Assembly: GCA_964434935.1 (NCBI GenBank)
Contig: CAYSWS010000002.1
Coordinates: 8,320-72,319 of the forward strand
Reading direction: 5' to 3'
Length of the DNA stretch: 64,000 bases
Source: an uncultured Candidatus Saccharibacteria bacterium
GTDB taxonomy: Bacteria; Patescibacteriota; WWE3; UBA101185; UBA10185
Both the position numbers and the translations under genes were made by a program. A model generated the notes under the pieces. The model did no database searches, was not told where the DNA came from, and was given only the letters and a program-made list of their open reading frames with translations. Shown piece after piece: positions 18,800 to 26,638 of the stretch (position 1 is the stretch's first letter; every line of letters begins with the position of its first letter).

Positions 18800-20032
18800 A
18801 TGCCCAAAATTAAAGAAATCAAAGCTCATAAGATAGTCAATTCCAGAGGAAGTTGGACTGTTGATACCAGGATCACTCTGGAGGATGGTATGTTCATAGA
18901 GCAACCTGTCCCCAGCGGAGCTTCCAGAGGAGAAAATGAGGCTGCTTATCTTCCTGTAGAAAAAGCTGTGAGCGTCATATCCACTGTCATCAACGACGCC
19001 TTGAAAGGGGAGGATCCCACACAGCAAAGACGCATTGATAACATATTGTTGGAAATGGACGGCACGGGAAATAAGAAGAATTTGGGTGGTAACAGTATTT
19101 TGTCCGTATCCTTGGGCATAGCTCAGTTGAGTGCCCGGTTTTTAGGCATTGAGCTGTTCGAATATGTCTCTGATCTCTATGGCAAGAAGATCGTAAAAGA
19201 TCCGCACATGAAATTTCCCACACCGGTTTTCAATATTCTCAATGGCGGCAAACATGCCTACAATAATCTCTCCTTCCAAGAATTTATGGTTATTCCGGCG
19301 CAAAACAGGAATTTCCTCCAGCAAATGGAGATGGGTGTGAACGTCTACATCAAGCTTAAAGATAATTTGCTCAAAAAGGAGTACAGCGTTGGAGTGGGTG
19401 ACGAAGGTGGATTTGCTCCTGAAGGATTTACGGCCGACAAAGCACTGACTTTTATAAGAGATGCGGCCAAAAGTATGTATAAATTGGGCGAAGATGTGTT
19501 CATGGGCATGGACGTGGCAGCCGAGTCCTTCGTCGAACACGATGAATACAAGATCTCGGAAGAGGACCTGTCTTTGGGCGTGAGTGAATTCACAGACTAC
19601 TATGAGCAAATGATCAACAAGTTCCCGCTCATTTACATTGAAGATCCGTTCTACGAAAAAGATTATGAGGGTTGGGACAAGTTCTACAAGAGATTTTCTC
19701 AGCGTTTGCTGGTAGTAGCTGATGACCTGGTCGTGACCAACACAAAATATCTGCAAAAAGCCATAGATAAGAGGCTGGCTAATGCAGTCATTGTAAAGCC
19801 AAATCAAGTCGGTACGTTATCCGAGACCCTGGATTTTATAAGAATGGCCAAGGGTAATAACATGGCTATAGTTGTGTCTCACAGAAGCGGTGACACAGCC
19901 GAAGACAGTTTTATAGCCGATCTAGCCCTGGCCGTGGAGGCGGAATTTCTAAAATCAGGTGCTCCCGTAAGGGGAGAACGAGTGGTCAAGTACAATAGGC
20001 TGTTGGATATTTTTTCTGAGATCTCGTCTTAA
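18800..20032 (+). CDS. eno: Enolase (phosphopyruvate hydratase)
   Basis: MPKIKEIKAHKIVNSRGSWTVDTRITLEDG...; the enolase signature is conserved throughout. Confidence 0.92.
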   Translation: MPKIKEIKAHKIVNSRGSWTVDTRITLEDGMFIEQPVPSGASRGENEAAYLPVEKAVSVISTVINDALKGEDPTQQRRIDNILLEMDGTGNKKNLGGNSILSVSLGIAQLSARFLGIELFEYVSDLYGKKIVKDPHMKFPTPVFNILNGGKHAYNNLSFQEFMVIPAQNRNFLQQMEMGVNVYIKLKDNLLKKEYSVGVGDEGGFAPEGFTADKALTFIRDAAKSMYKLGEDVFMGMDVAAESFVEHDEYKISEEDLSLGVSEFTDYYEQMINKFPLIYIEDPFYEKDYEGWDKFYKRFSQRLLVVADDLVVTNTKYLQKAIDKRLANAVIVKPNQVGTLSETLDFIRMAKGNNMAIVVSHRSGDTAEDSFIADLALAVEAEFLKSGAPVRGERVVKYNRLLDIFSEISS

Positions 20033-20041
20033 AAGAGCGGC

Positions 20042-20728
20042 TTACCTTAAAACATAAGCGGCATAATCTTTACCTAAAGGAGTTTCCACGGCGGCTGTTT
20101 GTTCGTCAGAAAGTTCTTCAAAATATTTTCTAAAGCCTCTTATGGAATTACCATGGCAGGAAATAGCCACGTTCACTCCTGTTTGCTTTACTAAAGGCAC
20201 GATCTCATCGCAAAAATCTTTGACCCGGGTGCAGACCATGGCTAGGTTCTCGCCGCCGGGAGGAATGACATTATAATCTCTTCTAAAAGCATGCAGCAGT
20301 TCCTTGTTCCACAAATAAAGTTCCAATTTACTGTACCCTTCCAGCACACCGTATCCTCTTTCTTTGATACGTGGATCCTTGACGATCTCCAGAGACTTGG
20401 CTGTTTGATTTTGCGACATGACGATCTCCATAGTTTTTATAGCTCTTTTTAGATCAGAAGAAATAAGCATGCCGATCTTCTTATCCTTTAATTTAGGTGT
20501 CAGTTCCTCAGCCTGTTCTCTTCCTTTTTCAGTAATATCGCAGTCTCGCCAACCGCTGAAGATAAAATTAGCATTATCTTCCGATTGCCCATGCCTGAAA
20601 ATATACATGACCGGATATTTTGTTGATTCTTCTTTAGGTAGGGGATCGACCTTTTTGTAAGTAAGAAGTTCAACAGCTCTGTCCACTTCTTCTTGGGAAT
20701 ATCTTTGGTAGAAGGCAGTAAGGTCCAT
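20042..20728 (-). CDS. Histidine phosphatase family protein (phosphoglycerate mutase-like, GpmA/GpmB type)
   Basis: RHG catalytic motif in IFRHGQSEDNANFIFSGWRDCDITEKGREQAEEL. It is convergent with eno. Confidence 0.75.
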   Translation of the reverse strand: MDLTAFYQRYSQEEVDRAVELLTYKKVDPLPKEESTKYPVMYIFRHGQSEDNANFIFSGWRDCDITEKGREQAEELTPKLKDKKIGMLISSDLKRAIKTMEIVMSQNQTAKSLEIVKDPRIKERGYGVLEGYSKLELYLWNKELLHAFRRDYNVIPPGGENLAMVCTRVKDFCDEIVPLVKQTGVNVAISCHGNSIRGFRKYFEELSDEQTAAVETPLGKDYAAYVLR

Positions 20729-20773
20729 GTATAAATATTAGCACATGAATTAATTTATGATATCATCACCTTT

Positions 20774-21448
20774 GTGAACCAAATAGTCGATGCCTTTTTA
20801 AATCATGATCTCATGAGATTCATACAGCTTATAGGGCTGGTGGGTGTATTTACGGTCGTCTTTTCCGAATCAGGTCTCTTGATCGGATTTTTCTTACCCG
20901 GCGACAGCCTGCTTTTCACAGCCGGTCTTCTGGCTTCTCCGGGATTTCATTTGTTTAGCATCTGGACATTAGCCATTGGTGCTAATATAGCCGCTGTGTT
21001 GGGCGACAATGTAGGATACGAATTCGGCAAGAGAGTAGGCAGGAAGTTGTTTAGGAAGGAAGAGTCCCTGTTATTCAAACCGAAAAATGTCATCAAGGCC
21101 CAGGAATTCTACGAAAAGCACGGTGGTAAGGCTATAGTCATCGCCAGATTCATGCCTATTGTGAGAACTTTCGTACCGGTGGTGGCGGGCATAGGCAAGA
21201 TGGACCATAAACGTTTTACTTTTTTTAATTTTTTAGGCGGGACCATGTGGACGTGGGGCATGAGTTGGTTGGGTTACTATTTGGGTAGCATAATACCTGA
21301 TGTTGATAAATATCTCTTACCTATTGTACTGGTGATCATTATTATTTCCGTGTTGCCTCCCATTTGGCATGTTTATAAGGAAAATAAGGAATCCTGGCAC
21401 GAAAAACTAAGGGAAAAGGTCAGGAATAAGATAAAATATGGTGCTTAA
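20774..21448 (+). CDS. DedA family (SNARE-associated) inner membrane protein
   Basis: FLPGDSLLFTAGLLAS core and ARFMPIVRTFVPVVAGIG motif of DedA/TVP38. Confidence 0.85.
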   Translation: MNQIVDAFLNHDLMRFIQLIGLVGVFTVVFSESGLLIGFFLPGDSLLFTAGLLASPGFHLFSIWTLAIGANIAAVLGDNVGYEFGKRVGRKLFRKEESLLFKPKNVIKAQEFYEKHGGKAIVIARFMPIVRTFVPVVAGIGKMDHKRFTFFNFLGGTMWTWGMSWLGYYLGSIIPDVDKYLLPIVLVIIIISVLPPIWHVYKENKESWHEKLREKVRNKIKYGA

Positions 21449-22074
21449 TCGTACCTTCTGATAATACCCGTCACCTTACCCTGGACTTGCACTTCGCTGG
21501 CTTTGACTATGATGGGATCCATGTTCTGGTTGGCCGGCTGCAATCTTATCTTGCCGTTTTCCTCACGGTAGAACTTTTTCAAGGTAGCAAAGCCGTTATC
21601 CAATAAGGCCACCACTATATCACCGTTGTTAGCTGTGTCCTGGTGCTGAATGACCACATTATCGCCGTCAAAAATACCCTCATCGATCATCGAATCTCCT
21701 CTAACTTGCAGCACGTAGCACCTTTTTGTCTTGGAAACCAGGTCCGAAGACACCAAGACAGTATTTATGGGATTCTCAATAGCCTCAATAGGTTCGCCAG
21801 CGGCTATGTAGCCCACTACAGGCAGTTCTATGGCGTTCATGGATGTGCTGAAGGCATCGTCTATCACCTCAATGCCTCTGACAGCTCCCTCATACCTTTT
21901 TATAACACCTTTTTTACTGAGAGCCTGTAAATGTTCATGTACGGTAGCCAAAGAAGAAAGACTCATGGCATCGGCTATCTCCTGTAATGTGGGTGAGGTG
22001 CCGTTTAGCTGAATATACTGGGAAATATAATCTAGGATCTGTCTTTGTCTTTTATATAGTGTAATTGGGCTCAT
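21445..22074 (-). CDS. lexA: LexA repressor (SOS regulator, S24 peptidase)
   Basis: N-terminal wHTH (LTKRQRQILDYI...LQEIADAMSLSSLATVHEHLQALSKKGVI), the Ala-Gly cleavage site region (VGYIAAGEP) and the S24 Ser/Lys dyad (VRGDSMIDEGI...GKVTGIIRRY). Confidence 0.9.
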   Translation of the reverse strand: MSPITLYKRQRQILDYISQYIQLNGTSPTLQEIADAMSLSSLATVHEHLQALSKKGVIKRYEGAVRGIEVIDDAFSTSMNAIELPVVGYIAAGEPIEAIENPINTVLVSSDLVSKTKRCYVLQVRGDSMIDEGIFDGDNVVIQHQDTANNGDIVVALLDNGFATLKKFYREENGKIRLQPANQNMDPIIVKASEVQVQGKVTGIIRRYD

Positions 22075-22190
22075 GTGGTGCCTTTCGTAAAAACTTTGTA
22101 TTTTCTTTGGTAATTATATGCTACCGAACAAACACCAAACATGTCAACAACTTTCCATAGAAAACCCAAACATTGTGCTAAAATCTTTTT

Positions 22191-24269
22191 ATGTTCAAAT
22201 TGCAGGCAGACTTTGTGCCTACGGGCGATCAGCCCCAGGCTATAGACTTTCTCAAGCATAATCTGGAGCAGGGAGCGCGTCATCAGGTGTTGCTGGGGGT
22301 CACCGGCAGCGGCAAGACCTTTACCATGGCCAATGTCATCCAGGAAGTACAAAAGCCAACCTTAGTTCTATCTCACAACAAAACTCTGGCTGCCCAGCTC
22401 TATCAGGAGTTCAAAGAGTTTTTCCCCCATAACGCCGTCGAATATTTTGTGAGCTACTATGATTATTATCAGCCGGAGAGTTATTTGCCGGCCACCGATA
22501 CCTATATTGAAAAGGATGCTGACATCAATGAACGCATTGATAGGCTGCGCTTGGCGGCTACCACATCTCTCATGACGCGGCAGGATGTGATCGTGGTGAG
22601 TTCTGTGTCCTGTATTTATAACCTTGGTTCGCCGGCTGAGTATTCCAAATTTGCTGTAGAGCTCAGAAAAGGCATGAAGATAAGGTTGCAGGATCTTCTC
22701 AAAAGACTCAATCAGATCTTTTATGAACGATCGGAATTTGATTTTAAAAGGGGAACTTACAGAGTCAGGGGTAATATTGTCGATGTCTATCCTGCCTATG
22801 TTGATTACGCTCTCAGGCTGGAAATATTTGATGATAATCTGATCGATATAGATTATTTTGACCCTCTTACAGGAACAAGTGTGGGGTTTGAGGATCTACC
22901 GCAAACAAGACGTGGCAGTTACATAAAAGCTCTCACTCAGAACGAGCTGCAGCACCTGAGAGATATGTTAAGAAGCCACAGTCCTATAAGCATCTTTCCC
23001 GCCAAGCACTATATTACGGCTGAAGAAAAAAGAGAAGGTGCTCTGCAGCAGATACGTCACGATCTGGACTTTAGGGTCAAAGAGCTGGAATCAGCGGGAA
23101 AGAACATTGAAGCCTATCGATTAAAACAGCGCACTAATTACGATCTGGAAATGATGCAGGAAATAGGTTATTGCAAAGGTATAGAGAATTATTCCAGATA
23201 TTTTGATGGTAGAAAACCGGGCGAACCTCCGTATACACTAATGGATTTTTTCCCTGATGATTATTTGCTGGTGATCGATGAGTCTCACATCACGGTCCCC
23301 CAGGTCAGAGGCATGTACAATGGCGACAGGTCCCGCAAGGAGAATCTTATCAACTATGGTTTTAGGCTGCCCTCAGCATTGGATAATCGCCCCCTGAACT
23401 TTGAGGAATTCTTAAGAAAGATCAATCAGGCGGTTTATATAAGCGCTACGCCTGCAGAGTGGGAGCTAAGCATGTCCCAGGGTTTGGTAGCTGAACAGCT
23501 TATCAGGCCCACCGGCATTGTGGATCCACGAGTAACCATTTTGCCCTCCGAAAATCAGATCGAAGACCTGTTGCAAAGGATCCAGCAGCGGGTCAAGGAC
23601 AGGCAAAGGGTGCTGGTGACAACCTTGACCAAGAGAATGGCGGAAGAGCTCTCCACTTATCTCAAGGAAAAAGGCATAAACGTCACTTATCTACATTCGG
23701 ACATAGATACTTTGGAAAGGACCGACATTTTGGACGATCTGAGAAAAGGTAATTATGATGTTCTGGTTGGCATCAATCTCTTAAGAGAAGGTTTAGATTT
23801 ACCGGAAGTGTCTCTAGTGGCCATCCTCGATGCCGATAAAGAGGGCTTTTTAAGATCGGACACCTCTTTGGTGCAGACCATGGGCAGAGCAGCCAGGCAT
23901 ATATTAGGAGAAGTGGTCATGTATGCCGATAAGGTCACCGGTAGCATGGAGAGAGCTATTAACGAAGTCGACAGGCGTCGTGAGATACAGGTAGCTTACA
24001 ATAAGGAACATGACGTGACCCCGGTGCAGATCGAAAAACCCTTCCGAGACAAGCTCATAGACGAGGTCATCGAAGAACAGATCACTAAAAAAGACCATGA
24101 CCGAGATACGGAGATCGATTATATGCAGTTGCCGCCACGGGAATTGAAAGCCGAGATCAAGAAAATGGAAAAGCTTATGAAGTTCGAAGCCGAAATGTTG
24201 AATTTTGAAGCTGCGGCTGAGCTTAGAGATAAAATAATTAGGATCAAGAAAAACTCCAATATTGACTAG
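22191..24269 (+). CDS. uvrB: Excinuclease ABC subunit B
   Basis: FKLQADFVPTGDQPQAIDFL; Walker A GVTGSGKT; C-terminal UVR domain (ELRDKIIRIKK). 692 aa. Confidence 0.95.
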   Translation: MFKLQADFVPTGDQPQAIDFLKHNLEQGARHQVLLGVTGSGKTFTMANVIQEVQKPTLVLSHNKTLAAQLYQEFKEFFPHNAVEYFVSYYDYYQPESYLPATDTYIEKDADINERIDRLRLAATTSLMTRQDVIVVSSVSCIYNLGSPAEYSKFAVELRKGMKIRLQDLLKRLNQIFYERSEFDFKRGTYRVRGNIVDVYPAYVDYALRLEIFDDNLIDIDYFDPLTGTSVGFEDLPQTRRGSYIKALTQNELQHLRDMLRSHSPISIFPAKHYITAEEKREGALQQIRHDLDFRVKELESAGKNIEAYRLKQRTNYDLEMMQEIGYCKGIENYSRYFDGRKPGEPPYTLMDFFPDDYLLVIDESHITVPQVRGMYNGDRSRKENLINYGFRLPSALDNRPLNFEEFLRKINQAVYISATPAEWELSMSQGLVAEQLIRPTGIVDPRVTILPSENQIEDLLQRIQQRVKDRQRVLVTTLTKRMAEELSTYLKEKGINVTYLHSDIDTLERTDILDDLRKGNYDVLVGINLLREGLDLPEVSLVAILDADKEGFLRSDTSLVQTMGRAARHILGEVVMYADKVTGSMERAINEVDRRREIQVAYNKEHDVTPVQIEKPFRDKLIDEVIEEQITKKDHDRDTEIDYMQLPPRELKAEIKKMEKLMKFEAEMLNFEAAAELRDKIIRIKKNSNID

Positions 24270-24314
24270 TCTTATTTTGGTTTGTACAATCAATAAAACT
24301 TAGCTGTCTCAATT

Positions 24315-26579
24315 ATGACAAATAAATATCTACGAAATGCTTCCGGACTATTAAAACATATCAAAAATATCCTTATTTTGATCGGGCAAGTTCTCATTTC
24401 CCTTTTTGATGAAATTATCATTTTAATTGGGAGACTGAGAAACAAAGCTAAAGAGATAAAAAAACAGCAGGACTTCTCATCACTAAAAAAAATATTGGAC
24501 AAAATGACTGCCCTAAAAGCCCCAACTTTAAGCGTAAGAAAAAAAGTAAAAAAGAACTGGGTTCCCGGTTATAAGGAGGTAGAGTATAAACCCAGGAAAA
24601 CGACACTCAGGATCTTGGTCAGAAGATTTTTGATCTTCTTTTCCGGTGTTTTGTTCGCTGTAATATTTTTGCTCATCCCTTCACATGTTCTGGTCTGGCT
24701 CCACGATCTGCCCAATCCTGACCTTTTAGTTACTCGGCAAATACCCACACCTACCAGGATATTGGATAGGAATGGCAGATTACTTTACGAGATCTTCATC
24801 GAAAAAAGATACGAGCCCGTAAAAATTAAGCAAATACCTCAGCATATGATCGATGCCACTATTGCTGTAGAGGATGCCCAGTTTTACACCCACGCGGGCT
24901 TTGAGCCTAAGAGCATGCTTAGGGCAGCCAAGTCAACCTTTGTCGATAATAACCTGCAAGGAGGTTCCACTATAACTCAGCAGTTGATAAAAAATGTTTT
25001 ACTTTCTCCGGAGAGAACGATTTCCAGGAAATTGAAGGAACTGGTCCTATCCGTTGCCGCTGAGGCTAGGTATTCTAAGGCACAGATCTTGGAACTGTAC
25101 TTGAACAATATATCCTACGGAGGATCCGCTTGGGGGATCCAATCAGCGGCGCAAAAGTTCTTTGCTAAAAATGTTTGGGAATTAGACCTGGCCGAAGCTG
25201 CTTTACTGGCAGGTTTGCCAACAGCGCCAACCACTTATTCTCCCCTGACGGGAAATTTCGAGGTGGCCAAGCAAAGACAAAAGTATGTATTGGATCGGAT
25301 GAAGGACCTGGGTTATATCACCAAGCAGGAAGCTGAGGATGCTTATGCGGAGGAGTTGATCTTCGCTCCACAGACAGAATATATACGAGCACCGCACTTT
25401 GTGGCCTATGTACGCAAAGATCTGGAGGAAAGGTTCGGCAAGAATTTTGTTGATCTGGGCGGACTGACCGTGACCACTACTTTAGATCTGGACCTGCAGG
25501 AAGAAGTGCAGCGCATAGTTAAGGAGGAGGTGGAAAAGAACGCCCGGCTTAAGATCTCCAATGGAGCTGCCGTGGTCCTGGATTCGAAAACCGGGGAAAT
25601 TCTGGCTTATGTTGGCTCTATAGATTATTTTAAAGAAAATTGGGGAGCTTTTGATGTCATAACTTCCTACCGTCAACCGGGGTCTTCCATAAAACCTGTG
25701 ACCTACGCCTTGGCCCTGGAGAACGGATACACGGCCGCTTCTATTTTAAAAGATGAGCCGGTTAGTTATAAAATTAAAGGTCAGCCTGATTACACTCCCA
25801 GAAATTATGATGGAAAATACCACGGTAACGTGACTGTGAGACAAGCTTTGTCTAACTCCTATAATATACCGGCCGTGAGGTTAGCCAAAGCTTTAGGCCC
25901 GGACAATATTGTGGCTTTCGGGAAGAGGTTCGGATTGACTAATTGGGAAGTTGACGGTTCGTATGGCCTTTCGGTCACACTGGGCGGTAAGGAAGTAAGA
26001 TTATTGGATCACACAAATCTTTATGCCGCGCTAGCCAGGCAGGGGAACTATTTAGAGCCAACTCCATATCTTTCTATTGTGGACGGCATGGGGTTTGATG
26101 TTTATAAGGATGAGAGGCAGCCCCAAAAAGTAATTAATGAAGGCACAGCCTATATTTTGTGGAGCATTTTATCGGATAGCGTTTCCAGGCTACCGGCCTT
26201 TGGTCCTAATAACTATTTGGACATTCCCGGTAAGACGGTAGCTGTAAAAACAGGCACCACGGATCAGATCAAGGATAATTTTACTTTGGGATTCACGCCA
26301 AGTTATACGACAGGTGTTTGGGTAGGCAACAATGACGGTACACCTCTGGATAGAAGCCTGGCCTCAGGCTTGAGTGGCGCAGCCCCCATGTGGAACAGGA
26401 TCATGACTTTGGTGCTGAAAGATAAAGGAGATGAAAAAATGGTAATGCCGTCAAATGTTTTTATGAAATATGACGAAAGCTGTAAGAAAAGCGAGGTTTT
26501 CATTAAAGGTTCCAAAGTACCGGACCATTTGTGTGCCGTAAAAGATGATAAAAAGGACAAAAATGGTGAAAATAATTAA
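24315..26579 (+). CDS. Class A penicillin-binding protein (bifunctional transglycosylase/transpeptidase, PBP1A-like)
   Basis: GT51 motifs (EDAQFYTHAGFEPKSMLRAA, GGSTITQQLIKN) followed by a transpeptidase domain (SxxK-type SSIKP, KTGT). Confidence 0.88.
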   Translation: MTNKYLRNASGLLKHIKNILILIGQVLISLFDEIIILIGRLRNKAKEIKKQQDFSSLKKILDKMTALKAPTLSVRKKVKKNWVPGYKEVEYKPRKTTLRILVRRFLIFFSGVLFAVIFLLIPSHVLVWLHDLPNPDLLVTRQIPTPTRILDRNGRLLYEIFIEKRYEPVKIKQIPQHMIDATIAVEDAQFYTHAGFEPKSMLRAAKSTFVDNNLQGGSTITQQLIKNVLLSPERTISRKLKELVLSVAAEARYSKAQILELYLNNISYGGSAWGIQSAAQKFFAKNVWELDLAEAALLAGLPTAPTTYSPLTGNFEVAKQRQKYVLDRMKDLGYITKQEAEDAYAEELIFAPQTEYIRAPHFVAYVRKDLEERFGKNFVDLGGLTVTTTLDLDLQEEVQRIVKEEVEKNARLKISNGAAVVLDSKTGEILAYVGSIDYFKENWGAFDVITSYRQPGSSIKPVTYALALENGYTAASILKDEPVSYKIKGQPDYTPRNYDGKYHGNVTVRQALSNSYNIPAVRLAKALGPDNIVAFGKRFGLTNWEVDGSYGLSVTLGGKEVRLLDHTNLYAALARQGNYLEPTPYLSIVDGMGFDVYKDERQPQKVINEGTAYILWSILSDSVSRLPAFGPNNYLDIPGKTVAVKTGTTDQIKDNFTLGFTPSYTTGVWVGNNDGTPLDRSLASGLSGAAPMWNRIMTLVLKDKGDEKMVMPSNVFMKYDESCKKSEVFIKGSKVPDHLCAVKDDKKDKNGENN

Positions 26580-26638
26580 AAAGCTGATAATTTAAGTTCT
26601 TCACAAACCCAAAGAAATACCGTAGAATTTTCTATGTT

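Noticed and set aside
19142-19807. 221-aa antisense ORF inside eno (plus 19345-19593)
   Set aside because: Enolase is unambiguous on the plus strand. The antisense product has no recognisable features.
22075-22190. Canonical LexA boxes in the lexA-uvrB divergent region
   Set aside because: No CTGT-N8-ACAG, CGAACRNRYGTTYC or GTTC-N7-GTTC match is present. Only the non-palindromic ACAAACNCCAAA-type element is reported, as a low-confidence candidate.
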